Below, piece by piece: positions 24,970 through 37,334 of a stretch of DNA of 64,000 bases (within the stretch, counting starts at the first letter, position 1; the number at the start of each line of letters is the position of its first letter). The notes under the pieces were generated by a model. It saw only the letters and a program-made list of their open reading frames with translations. It ran no database searches and was not told the DNA's origin. The DNA is from Macrostomum hystrix. Lineage: Eukaryota; Animalia; Platyhelminthes. The position numbers were made by a program, and so were the translations under genes. Location of the stretch: the NCBI GenBank assembly GCA_950097015.1, contig CATNEN010000011.1, positions 2,170,001-2,234,000 on the forward strand, written 5' to 3'.

Positions 24970-26750
24970 TCTTCCGTGTGCTCATCCCTCACGTGTGCTC
25001 ATCCCTCCCGTGTGCTCATCCCTCCCGTGTGCTCATCCCTCCCGTGTGCTCATCTCTCCCGTGTGTCATCTCTCCCCTGTGTCATCTCTCCCCTGTGTCA
25101 TCTCTCCCGTGTCTCATCTCTCCCGTGTCTCATCTCTCCGCTGTCTCATCTCTCCCGTGTCTCATCTCTCCAGTGTCTCATCTCTCTCGTGTCATATTTC
25201 TCCCATGTCTCATGGTTCCCGTGTCTCATCTCTCCTGTGTCTTATCGCTCCCGTGTCTCATCTCTCCCGTGTCTTATCTCTCCCGTGTCTCATCTCTCCC
25301 GTGTCTCATCTCTCCGCTGTCTCATCTCTCCCGTGTCTCATCTCTCCCGTGTCTCATCTTTCCCGTGTCTCATCTCTCTCGTGTCATATTTCTCCCATGT
25401 CTTATCGCTCCCATGTATCATCTCTCCCGTGTCTCATATTTCCCGTGTCTCATCTCTCCGCTGTCTCATCTCTCCAGTGTCTCATCTCTCTCGTGTCATA
25501 TTTCTCCCATGTCTCATGGTTCCCGTGTCTAATCTCTCCGCTGTCTCATCTCTCCCGTGTCTAATCTCTCCCGTGTCTAATCTCTCCCGTGTCTAATCTC
25601 TCCCGTGTCTAATCTCTCCCGTGTCTCATCTCTCCCGTGTCTAATCTCTCCCGTGTCTAATCTCTCCGCTGTCTCATCTCTCCCGTGTCTCATCTCTCCC
25701 GTGTCTCATCTTTCCCGTGTCTCATCTCTCTCGTGTCATATTTCTCCCATGTCTTATTTCTCCCATGTATCATCTCTCCCGTGTCTCATCTTTCCCGTGT
25801 CTCATCTCTCCGCTGTCTCATCTCTCCCGTGTCTAATCTCTCCGCTGTCTCATCTCTCCCGTGTCTTATCTCTCCCGTGTCTCATCTTTCCCGTGTCTCA
25901 TCTCTCTCGTGTCATATTTCTCCCATGTCTTATTTCTCCCATGTATCATCTCTCCCGTGTCTCATCTTTCCCGTGTCTCATCTCTCCGCTGTCTCATCTC
26001 TCCCGTGTCTCATCTCTCCGCTGTCTCATCTTTCCCGTGTCTCATCTCTCTCGTGTCATATTTCTCCCATGTCTTATCGCTCCCATGTATCATCTCTCCC
26101 GTGTCTCATCTTTCCCGTGTCTCATCTCTCCGCTGTCTCATCTCTCCCGTGTCTCATCTCTCCGCTGTCTCATCTCTCCAGTGTCTCATCTCTCCCGTGT
26201 CTAATCTCTCCCGTGTCTAATCTCTCCGCTGTCTCATCTCTCCCGTGTCTCATCTCTCCCGTGTCTCATCTTTCCCGTGTCTCATCTCTCTCGTGTCATA
26301 TTTCTCCCATGTCTTATTTCTCCCATGTATCATCTCTCCCGTGTCTCATCTTTCCCGTGTCTCATCTCTCCGCTGTCTCATCTCTCCCGTGTCTAATCTC
26401 TCCGCTGTCTCATCTCTCCCGTGTCTTATCTCTCCCGTGTCTCATCTTTCCCGTGTCTCATCTCTCTCGTGTCATATTTCTCCCATGTCTTATTTCTCCC
26501 ATGTATCATCTCTCCCGTGTCTCATCTTTCCCGTGTCTCATCTCTCCGCTGTCTCATCTCTCCCGTGTCTCATCTCTCCGCTGTCTCATCTCTCCAGTGT
26601 CTCATCTCTCTCGTGTCATATTTCTCCCGTGTCTCATGGTTCCCGTGTCTCATCTCTCCTGTGTCTTATCGCTCCCGTGTCTTATCTCTCCCGAGTCTCA
26701 TCTCTCCCGTGAGATATCACTGATATCTCATCTCTCCGCTGTCTCATCTC
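24970..26750. repeat. 17-bp pyrimidine-rich satellite (CCCGTGTCTCATCTCTC) with higher-order repeats
   Basis: About 100 units. Identical variant blocks recur at 176-bp and 560-bp offsets. Confidence 0.97.
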
Positions 26751-27446
26751 TCTATTCTCTATTCGGCTTACGAGACTTGTAACTTTGTCGACCCAGCAGG
26801 TCCAGACATAGAAAAAATTGCCTCCGATAAATACGCTGCACAATAAGGCGACTTTAAGCCTGAGAACAAGTTCTCCCTGTCCAAACACCAGATATGACTT
26901 GACATTTCAACACTGATAGTCAACCTAAGTAATCAACATAACTAAAAATGTGTCTATTTATTCAGGACCCTGTTATCTTTGAGCTGCTCGGTTTCTATAC
27001 TTACTCACTGGTGGCAAAAATGAATCGGTCTAATCTTTCACTATTGCTCCCTAGATTTGCTTAACTAAAATACTATAATTGCAATTGTGCCTGAGGACCT
27101 TAAACCGTAAGGCTTTAGTTGCCAGGCAGGGTAAAGCTGCATGCGGCGTGGGTTTTGGCTGATCTTCTTATCCGGAAAAAGATAATTTCAAGAGCAGATA
27201 TGGGCCAACTTAATAAATTTTGGACCAAACTAAACACAATAAACAGCTAGAGTAAAAATTCTGAGCTGTAGTTAGTATTGCAGTTTTTATAAACTAATTT
27301 TTGTTAAATAAATATTGAGGGGCATACTTTTGACTTAGTAAGTAGTATGATAAAAGTCAAGTAGCATTACTCGAATTTTGAAATCTAAAATTAGACTTAA
27401 ACTTTCTTTACGGAGATTATCAAGACCTTCGCGGCGCGTCAGATCT

Positions 27447-27860
27447 AAACTGGAGGTGGCTGAAATAAACTGGATGTGTCAGATCTAAACTGGAGGTGTC
27501 AGATCTAAACTGGAGGTGTCAGATCTAAACTGGAGGTGTCAGATCTAAACTGGAGGTGTCAGATCTAAACTGGAGGTGTCAGATCTAAACTGGAGGTGTC
27601 AGATCTAAACTGGAGGTGTCAGATCTAAACTGGAGGTGTCAGATCTAAACTGGAGGTGTCAGATCTAAACTGGAGGTGTCAGATCTAAACTGGAGGTGTC
27701 AGATCTAAACTGGAGGTGTCAGATCTAAACTGGAGGTGTCAGATCTAAACTGGAGGTGTCAGATCTAAACTGGAGGTGTCAGATCTAAACTGGAGGTGTC
27801 AGATCTAAACTGGAGGTGTCAAATCTAAACTGGAGGTGTCAGATCTAAACTGGAGGTGTC
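27447..27860. repeat. 20-bp near-perfect tandem array (AGATCTAAACTGGAGGTGTC)
   Basis: About 19 almost identical units. Confidence 0.98.
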
Positions 27861-28591
27861 ATATAATATAAAGTAATATATTTGATGTGTCGAATCCAAC
27901 GGGACGCACCGTTGGACAAATTCAACAAATTGCCGCTGTTTTTGGCATTTAAGTACACGAAGAAATGAAGAAATTGATATCAATTTTATTCACAATTGTT
28001 TTCTCTGGATTTGCGACCAGCACAATGAAGTCGATATGAAGATTGCTGAAGCAGATAATTAATTTATATTTATTCTACAGTTCGTATATAATTATTAGCA
28101 GTTAAACAAAATATAAACTATGACAATATTATATAAAAACGGAATTTGCTACAATGAAATTGACATAAATCGAACTTGTTCTTATAGTATGCATTTCTGA
28201 ATTCAGAATCTTTCAAGTCAAAATCGATGTCAATTAGTTTTAGTAGAGTTAAACTTCGATATACGGAATCAATATAGCGTATATTATGAATAATTACTCT
28301 TGACTTTGAATTCGCACCAAATTCTTTTACCCAAGATTATCGTCTTAATAAGAAAACATTTTTGCCTAATCGTACCTCGTATTTTGGTGCGAATTCAAAT
28401 ACACAATGTAGAACAATTTTTACTTGTTAAACTTTCATTTGTAGGCAAGCCCCTCAGTGGTCAACATAGAGCATGTTATAAAAAACAACGTCTATCTTGT
28501 TTTTAAACGCGTCAAAGAATCAAAGTAAAGGAGAGAATGAAAAAACTGAGGTTCGCTGCAAGATAAATGATCTTTTTAGTTTTACGAGAGC

Positions 28592-31500
28592 TTAACGCAC
28601 TGGCTGGCTGATCGGCCGCTTAGGATTCCTGTCACCTGCTGACTCGGCCGCTTTCGCCACGACCTTCCAATGTGTGGTGGGGAAATACTAGAAAATAGTT
28701 AGATTTTCGGCACCACCCAAACATGACTACTTACAAAATTTTACTAAGTGGAGTAAAACTAGTGTTAAAAAAATTTCCTACCTGAACATCAAAAATTCGT
28801 TTCAGAGTCGATGGCGTTGAAGGGTTCATTGTTCCATCTGAGGCCGCCTGCAGGGAGCCGTTGGGGCGTACAGTCTGGGGCACAGGCAACCTGAAACGTT
28901 TTCATGTTCGATGCATCGATTGCCCCTACTCTGCTATTTCGATATTTCAATACAGATTAAGGCCTATGATATATATTTATGATCCTCATCAGAGGGTGAG
29001 TGGCAGAGCGGTTAACGCGTTTGCCTCTCACACCACGATCCCTCCCTGAGCTCGATTCCGCGGCGAGGCCACATTTGATTTGGGGCGCAGCCGCGGAGAG
29101 AAGGCTTGGGGGCTTGTCGTGCAATTTACGCCCTTGAGGGCCAACCTCTAAGGCACATTGAAAGTGTGCACTGCCTGACGATGAGAAAGTCAGGGCAGGT
29201 GTACACACATTTGTGAGCGTGTACCTGCGTACGGTATCTGTGTGTGTGTGTGCTCAGGAGTCAGCGAAATGGGCAGAATTGCCTACTCGCTGGCTGTTGG
29301 TCTAGTGTCACCAAGTGAAGTGCCATTGCCCGCAGCCCTCCTCCAACAATGATTCTGATGCCTACCGAAACTGAAATTCCTCTCATTCGAAACTAAAATC
29401 CCATAGACTTAGATCCTCATCCTCTGGCTGATCCCAACATTTCAGACCCTCACTTTCGCCAGGCATTCGCCGAGTCCATTCCGCACTCCGCCAGCGTTGG
29501 ACCGTTTCCGATGACGATGGCCTCGGCCACCGCGGCAGCTGGCATGGGGGAGCACGGCGTGGCAAAGTCCTCGGCGTCCGCTCGGGGCGCCCGACGAAAA
29601 TCGATCAAACGTCCGAGTCGTGACGTCAGTGCGTCGGCTGCCTCTTCTAGGAGAGCCTCCTTCAGAAGGCGACGACCAACAGCCGCTCGATCGTCGTTCG
29701 ATGGCGGCGCATTTGAAGGCGGCGACGGCTGCGACGGCGGCAAGATTGACGGCTGTGCCGCAGTCTTTCGTTGGTGATGATGATGCCGATGCTGCTTCCG
29801 TCGGCTGGAGGATCTCTCCTGACGGCCCCTGTAGGAGCTGCTCCGCTCGTGACTTCCAGACGGCGAGTCGTCAGGTACCGCAAACGGGTTTCTTCGCTGA
29901 GGGAATAATTCCTTCTTCTTTGGCGGCACATAGACGCCGACAGGATTGACGTGGTGGCTCTTCTTGCTCTGGTGTTGCTGCTGCTGATGCTGTTGCTGGG
30001 TGCGCCTCTTCACCAGTTCCGGAGATCGAGACTTTCGGCGTCGGGACAGCTGGGTCTGCGAAACACGTGTATTGGTGAGTGCCGTGCTACAGATAGCATC
30101 TAGGATTTTACATGCAGTCTGTTATCTTATCCACGATTACCAAAGGTGATGTTATCCCCCCCAGGATTCCTTATGTGGTCTGTTATCCCATTCGAGACTG
30201 ACACTCGCCGATTCCTCAGGTCTGTTATCCCATCAAGGATTCTTCCGATAGTCTGCCAACATCCCTTTCATCAGCAGTTCTCAAGGGCAACTATTTGAAT
30301 AAATCAGATTTTTTCTCGAAATACTACTAATAGTAGTCCGTATTAAACGAAAAATGACAGCAGTGTTGTGAACGCACGCTTGATTGTTGACCTGCAGCCG
30401 AGCAAGCTAGTGGCTGCACTCCCAAGCTGGTTGGCCTTCTAGCTGGAGACACAACCTGAATGGAGTGCCGCGGACCCCCTGAAATGGTAGGGCAGGCGAT
30501 CTGTACTACTCAAAATGCAGACGCATTTGAGATATATCAATCGGCAATATACTGCTAACCTTGATGACTAACTAGCTAAATAGCTGCAGGTAGCTAAGTT
30601 TTGTTTTCTGCTGCTGGGGGACAACGGTTCTCTGCTGGGGGTCGGTGGCAGAGCGGTCTAACGCGGCGAGGCCACATTCATTCAAGGTGCAGCCGCGGAC
30701 AGAAGGCTTGGGGGCTTGTCGTCAAATTTACGCCCTTGAGGGCCAACCTCCAAGGCACAGTGAGACTGTACACAGCCTGACGATGAGAAAGTCAGGGCAG
30801 ATGTACACACCTGTGTGAGCGTATGCGTTTGTACAGTATCTTAGGGCGTGTGAGCTCACGAGGCTTCGTGTCTAGTGTCACCAAATGATGTGCCATTGCC
30901 TGCAGCCCTCCTGCAATTATTCATCAGTATTAAATGGTTCTCTACTGCTAGAGGGGACATTGATTCTCTGCTACTGAGGGGGCAGAATTCCTGGTCGACT
31001 GTCCCGAAAAGATTTTCTGTGACCACAGACACCCTGCGAATACTGTTTTACAAAGTTTTCTGTGACCACAGACACCCTGCGAATACTGTTTTACAAAGTT
31101 TTCTGTGACCACAGACACCCTGCGAATACTGTTTTACAAAGTTTTCTGTGACCACAGACACCCTGCGAATACTGTTTTACAAAGTTTTCTGTGACCACAG
31201 ACACCCTGCGAATACTGTTTTACAAAGTTTTCTGTGACCACAGACACCCTGCGAATACTGTTTTACAAAGTTTTCTGTGATTCTCAAAAAGCGTTCACGA
31301 GCAAGTGCGGAACCTACCTTCATCTCTGCATCCTTGAATGCTTGCAGCTGTGGCTCCCAGTGGCAGCTGACAGGTGATATCAGACTCCTCATCGTCCTCC
31401 ACAGTTGCTACAACAGCAACAGCTGCCGCAGCTCCACCAGTAAAAGCTGTGGCTGTTGATGCTGACGCTGCACCTGCTTGTGCTTCAACGTGATCCGGTA

Positions 31501-32260
31501 TCTCCGCGAAGTCCGGACGTTGCTGGACAAGAAAAATAAATGGAATGTATTGATCTTTCCCGAACTCTGAGAGTGAGTTGCGGTCAGTCTGCACTTTTTA
31601 TTTTCTAACCCTATATGTACATTCTACCCTTCTGCATGTCACCCACCCCATTCTTGACTAATGTTATGCTTGTCCGTGTGTTTTTGCGAGACAGCAGTTT
31701 CAACAAATAGATGGCTTTTTGGGGACTGTTAATTTTCACGCGATGAGCAAGCTGGGCTATTCGGTTTATTTTACGTTTTTAATTTTCACTTTTGAGTCCT
31801 CATCGAAAGTGTGCTTCTCTGAGAGGCCAAGAACGTGCCCACCTGCCAGTCCCTCAGTCCAGAGACACCGCCGCCTCCGCCGCCGCGCGCCTTGTCTCGG
31901 ACGAGTTCTTTAAAAGTTCGCGCGCTGGCTCGCACGCTGCTGCTCAACAGGCGCCACTTTTGGCGTGCCTGCGAGCGCAAAGCGCGTTCCTGATCTGGGT
32001 CAGCAGCCGGGCGGCGAATTGTGTGGTCTCGCGAGTAGAAACCTGCGGGCCAGTTTTGTTGACGGCGATGCTGGTGCTCAGAAGGGAACTATCTGCTGTA
32101 AAAGGGAATCATTCTAGAGGCTTGAATTGACATTCCCTTTCTCACCTGTCTCTCGTTTCTTCTTCTCCATCAGCATGCTGAACATTGCGGACAGTTCGCT
32201 TGTCTTGGACTCCGTGACAGCGCGTTCAAGGTCCTGCTTTGGCATCTTAACCATTTGCGA
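28592..32260 (-). CDS. Orphan multi-exon gene, low-complexity protein of unknown function (5' structure unresolved)
   Basis: Three 3' exons join in phase with canonical sites: 30055-29454, 28890-28782 and 28687-28592 (...ANAWRK/LPVPQ...IFDVQ/YFPTTHWKVVAK...QPVR*). Further GC-rich exon-like blocks lie at ~30390-30480, 31310-31525, 31850-32090 and 32146-32260. No family was recognised. Confidence 0.5.
28992..29350 (+). mobile_element. SINE A copy 3 (near full length)
   Basis: Complete head TGGCAGAGCGGTTAACGCG...GAGCTCGATTCC, body, (TG)n segment and tail. Confidence 0.88.
30637..30922 (+). mobile_element. SINE A copy 4 (deletion in head)
   Basis: TGGCAGAGCGGTCTAACGCG jumps to GCGAGGCCACATTC. 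Body and tail are present. Confidence 0.82.
31010..31280. repeat. 43-bp tandem repeat x~6
   Basis: GTTTTCTGTGACCACAGACACCCTGCGAATACTGTTTTACAAA repeated head-to-tail with no spacers. Confidence 0.95.
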
Positions 32261-32627
32261 AAGCTCTTCAGCGACCTTGGAGATTGATTCCAGTTTTTGA
32301 AAGCAGTCATTTTTTATAATAATTTGTTAAAAGGGCCAATTAGTTTTATAAGTAATTTGTTATTATTCTACAAAGTACCTGCAACAAAATGTAGGCGAAA
32401 GACGCAAAAAGCAAAAAAAACAAAAAAATTTAATAGCAGCAAATTTCTTAGACTTTTATGTCAGTGCTTCATCGCAAACTAAAAATACTCAAATTTTAAG
32501 TCTGAAGCCCACACAAGTAGCTCGTAAAAAATTGGTAAAAAATGATAAAAAATTGCAGTAGGACAATGCGTGATCACTTGGCTTTTTGGAGGTGAGTCAA
32601 ATACTCTTTAAATTCCTGATCCTGAAA

Positions 32628-33100
32628 ATCCCTTATCTGATGGGAAATCCCTGATCTGATGGGGCTAGCTTCCAGAAATACTTCAGGCTAGCTTCGACAA
32701 ACACTCAGGCTAGCTTCCAGAAATACTAATCCCTTATCTGATGGGAAATCCCTTATCTGATGGGGAATCACTTATCTGATGGGGAATCACTTATCTGATG
32801 GGGAATCACTTATCTGATGGGAAATCCCTTATCTGATGGGAAATCCCTGATCTGAGGGAAATCCCTTATCTGATAGGAATCACTTATCTGATGGGGAATC
32901 ACTTATCTGATGGGGAATCACTTATCTGATGGGGAATCACTTATCTGATGGGGAATCACTTATCTGATGGGGAATCACTTATCTGATGGGGAATCACTTA
33001 TCTGATGGGGAATCACTTATCTGATGGGGAATCACTTATCTGATGGGGAATCACTTATCTGATGGGGAATGCCTGATTTGATGGGGAATCACTGATATGA
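32628..33100. repeat. 19-bp minisatellite (CACTTATCTGATGGGGAAT)
   Basis: About 20 units, interrupted near its start by three ~23-bp CTAGCTTC units. Confidence 0.93.
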
Positions 33101-33529
33101 TAAGGGAGTTTCAATTCGATGGAAAATTTTAAAATAGTTTGAAACCTTTGAATTGATTGGACGGGAACATACAGATTTTTCTCTAGAATTTTTGAGAGGG
33201 GTATTAGAGAATAATTAAAAATCGACTTATTTAAAAAAAATGATTAGATTAAAGTCGCCCGAGTAAATTTTAATCTCTGATTTAAATCTCAATATGTTGC
33301 TGCAGCAAGAAATACGACGTTTGGTGGAGAATCCCCCGTTTTGGTCAGGAATCCCCTATTCGGCGGGGAATTCCCGATTTGGTGGGAATCCTCCAAATGT
33401 GCAGGAATTCCCTTGAATTCGTGGGAAATTCGTGGAAAATCCTGCGGTTTGGTTGGTAATCTGCCGATTTTGTGGATAATTACCACGATTAGGTTGTGAA
33501 AACCCTGAATGTGTGGGTAATCCTCCAAA

Positions 33530-33860
33530 TTTGTTGAGAATCCCTCGAATTTGTGGAGAATCCCTCGAATTTGTGGAGTATCCCTCGAATTTGTGGAGTA
33601 TCCCTCGAATTTGTGGAGTATCCCTCGAATTTGTGCAGTATCCCTCGAATTTGTGGAGTATCCCTCGAATTTGTGGAGTATCCCTCGAATTTGTGGAGTA
33701 TCCCTCGAATTTGTGGAGTATCCCTCGAATTTGTGGAGTATCCCTCGAATTTGTGGGGAATCCCTCGAATTTGTGCAGTATCCCTCGAATTTGTGGGGAA
33801 TCCCTCGAATTTGTGGAGAATCCCTCGAATTTGTGGGGAATCCCTCGAATTTGTTGGGAA
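33530..33860. repeat. 20-bp minisatellite (TCCCTCGAATTTGTGGAGTA)
   Basis: About 16 units with degenerate flanks. Confidence 0.95.
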
Positions 33861-34432
33861 TTCCCCAATTTGGTAGGGAATCCATCTTTCGTCGATAAAT
33901 GGCACGTTATCATCCCCTGAGTTATAATGAAGAGCATTGTATCGCTGTAAACAATTCAAAATCTTAGATGCAAATAGAGTTGATTAATTAGACGATATTC
34001 ATCAAAAGCGAGCCCACCTGACTCTCCATTTGGAGATCCGAGCTTCCACCCACCATGTTAAAGTCACCAGTGTCATGCTGCTGCTGCTGCTGCTGCTGCT
34101 GTTGCTGATCGAATCGATTTCGTCTGACATGTGCCGGATGTCCGCAATATGCCCACTTGAATGGGAGACAGATTGTAAAAAAAACTGATATACTGAATTC
34201 AGGTAAATGAAAGATATATATAAGAAACTTATATATCTAGTTATGATCTGCGGAATTCATAGTTTGGGTTGTACTTAGATAACTACGGTGGTAATTAATA
34301 TAGTTTTGCTGTTAGTTGACTACTGTCTAGATAAAATAGATAGAAATTTGAAGTTAATAGAAATATTATGAATAATTTCCGTTTTCTCTAACACTTATTC
34401 TTCTATCTCTGGACTCTTTCTCTTTTATCCCA

Positions 34433-35258
34433 CTGTCTCTAATCTCACTGTCTCTAATCTCACTGTCTCCTATCTCACTGCCTCTTATCTCACTGTCTCT
34501 AATCTCACTGTCTCTAATCTCACTGTCTCTAATCTCACTGTCTCTCATCTCACTGTCTCTAATCTCACTGTCTCTAATCTCACTGTCTCTAATCTCACTG
34601 TCTCTAATCTCACTGTCTCTAATCTCACTGTCTCTAATCTCACTGTCTCTCATCTCACTGTCTCTAATCTCACTGTCTCTCATCTCACTGTCTCTAATCT
34701 CACTGTCTCTAATCTCACTGTCTCTAATCTCACTGTCTCTAATCTCACTGTCTCTCATCTCACTGTCTCTAATCTCACTGTCTCTAATCTCACTGTCTCT
34801 AATCTCACTGTCTCTAATCTCACTGTCTCTAATCACACTGTCTCTAATCTCACTGTCTCTAATCTCACTGTCTCTAATCTCACTGTCTCCTATCTCACTG
34901 CCTCTTATCTCACTGTCTCCTATCTCACTGTCTCTAATCTAACTGTCTCTAATCTCACTGCCTCTTATCTCACTGCCTCTTATCTCACTGCCTCTTATCT
35001 CACTGCCTCTTATCTCACTGCCTCTTATCTCACTGCCTCTTATCTCACTGCCTCTTATCTCACTGCCTCTTATCTCACTGCCTCTTATCTCACTGCCTCT
35101 TATCTCACTGCCTCTTATCTCACTGCCTCTTATCTAACTGCCTCTTATCTAACTGCCTCTTATCTAACTGCCTCTTATCTAACTGCCTCTTATCTCACTG
35201 CCTCTTATCTCACTGCCTCTTATCTCACTGCCTCTTATCTCACTGCCTCTTATCTCAA
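34433..35258. repeat. 15-bp minisatellite (AATCTCACTGTCTCT / TATCTCACTGCCTCT)
   Basis: About 55 units in homogeneous variant blocks. Confidence 0.97.
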
Positions 35259-35294
35259 CCTCTCCAATCTTAGTCTATGATCTTCGCAACTGTA

Positions 35295-36256
35295 CCGGGT
35301 GGCCCATGCGTTTAAGGACAACTTAAAAATGATAAAATGTATATACATTTTTAATATAAAAACAACCAACAAACGAAAACTTTAACATTTTAACTGACCG
35401 CCATAATGTCTAGATGGCAACTAAAAATAACATTTACTCAATGTAGCCCCCCTCCGCTGCATACACGGCTTCAATGGGAGACCGAAACTTGGTACAGGCA
35501 CCTCTGATGACGGCAGGGCCCTGAGCTGACCAGGCAGCACTAACAGCAACTTGGAGAGTCTCCACGGTAGCATAAGTTGTTAAACATGCAACGCGGGCCA
35601 CGTTGTTCCACACAAAGTAATCGAGAGGGGAACAGTCTGGACTCGATGGTGGCCAAGTGGTCGCATCCCAGAAGCCCTCGCCGAGCTCCCGGCGAAGAAA
35701 TTCTTGAGTAGCGACAGCCGTGTGGGCAGGAGCGCCGTCCTGCTGAAAAACAAACGTACCTGGGGCAAAGTTGTGTCGAATCCATGGCAGTACATGATCC
35801 TGCAGCATGCGGATGTACTCGGCTGAGTTGATTTTCACTCCAGATCGGGGGAGCCACCCTGCCGTCCGAAGCCACGACACCGAGAAACATGGCACCTTTG
35901 GCATGTTGCTGGCGAGGCATATAGCGGTGTTCCTCCGCAGCAGAGCTGGAGTCTCCTTTCAACTGCCGCAGCAGCTCCAACTTCTTCAATGTCGCTCTTG
36001 ACGGCGTAAACAAACGACCTTGCAACATTGAGGTTCTCTGCTATCTGTGCTGGGCTTATACCCCGCGCGAGCTGGTCTACCACCATCAAACGTTTAGCGC
36101 GATTCATGGCTAATGCTAAGTTGCCGAAAATTTTCGCGGCAGCTACAGACTATATAGGTACTATTTTGTCTATGACCAAAACTATTATGCTCTAGCTACC
36201 GCTGGCTTTGCTTTCTTCTATTTTTAAGGTTGTCCTTAAACGCATGGGCCACCCGG
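35295..36256 (-). mobile_element. Tc1/mariner-superfamily DNA transposon, maT (DD37D-like) type, internally deleted and non-autonomous
   Basis: TA target duplications at 35293-94 and 36257-58. 28-bp perfect TIR CCGGGTGGCCCATGCGTTTAAGGACAAC. N-terminal HTH (MNRAKRL...SPAQIAENLNVARSFVY) is fused out of frame to the catalytic half GVKIN..Y / FQQDGAPAH / WPPSSPDCSPLDYFVW / GGYIE*. Confidence 0.95.
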
Positions 36257-36856
36257 TATATTTCCAATTTCTGACTCACACTAGTCGCATTCTAAAGTAC
36301 TCTCGCATGCCGTATTTCATATTCGCACAGCCAGGATCAGAGACGCATTGTAAAACACTGGCAGATGCTCCGGTTGCATTGGTACTACTCTGAGTTCACA
36401 TGATAACTATTGTGCGACAGTGCATTTTGTAGCCCAACAACTAAACTACAGTCGCATGAAGGCCTTATAGTTGTTACAGTCCTCAGGGAACGGGAAGAGA
36501 ATTGGTTGGGCAATCGGTCGATTAAATCCTAACCAACATTTCCAATTCTAGATAATTTATATAGTTAGAAATATAATGGCATATTGGCTCGCATATACAC
36601 GATTTATAATACATTTACATGCTGGAATCAGCTCAGAGGACACACAAGCAACAGATTAGCGATCCCAGCAGCCCAAATCGACGAAGCCAAAAGAGAAAAG
36701 AGAAGATAGAGGAGAGAGGCAATGAGAGAGTTTGGTCAGCGATAATCTTTCCAATGATTGGCACAGCGAGCACAGTAGGCCCTATCATTGCGAATGGATG
36801 GGAAAATTCTGAAGGCAGCCAACAAAGATCCTCAGGGCTAGGGATAAGAGAACCAA

Positions 36857-36925
<69 letters not shown>
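36857..36925. repeat. Pure (GCT)23 / (CAG)n microsatellite
   Basis: 69 uninterrupted bases. Confidence 0.98.
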
Positions 36926-36926
<1 letters not shown>

Positions 36927-37334
36927 ATGCTTGGAAGATGCATTGAGATATTGTGCGAATGCTAGTTTAGTTGCTCTTAACTCGCTTTATAATCCGAAAT
37001 TTATTTTAGAATCCATGCTACAAAGTATTTTGGAATTTTAACTAATCACGACCTCGTGATTTAAAAAAACTTAGGATTTTAGAAATTGGCGACTTAAGCT
37101 GATCGAGATCTTAGCGATTTATGGGATTTTGATGGCTCTGATATTTTCTCGAAACATAATTTCTAAGAATGGGATTTATTGAAATCAAGTTTTTTATGTA
37201 GAAGGACAAGAAGGATTTTTTAGAATCGGTATTTCTTAGAAATTTAGAAATAATTTTGTTCGGTACTTTTAGATAAAAATTTGTAGAAAAAGGATTTCCA
37301 AAAAGTTTTTCCTAAAAATGTGATTTATTAGATT

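Noticed and set aside
24976-26782. Many overlapping Cys/Ser/Leu-rich ORFs
   Set aside because: Artefacts of the 17-bp satellite, open in all three frames.
28992-29070. Possible tRNA gene (A/B boxes, CTCTCAC Glu-like loop)
   Set aside because: No complete acceptor stem or oligo-T terminator, and it continues into the SINE body shared by ~12 copies.
31010-31280. CRISPR-like appearance of the 43-bp repeats (also the 35- and 50-bp arrays)
   Set aside because: Units are contiguous with no unique spacers, there are no cas genes, and the context is eukaryotic.
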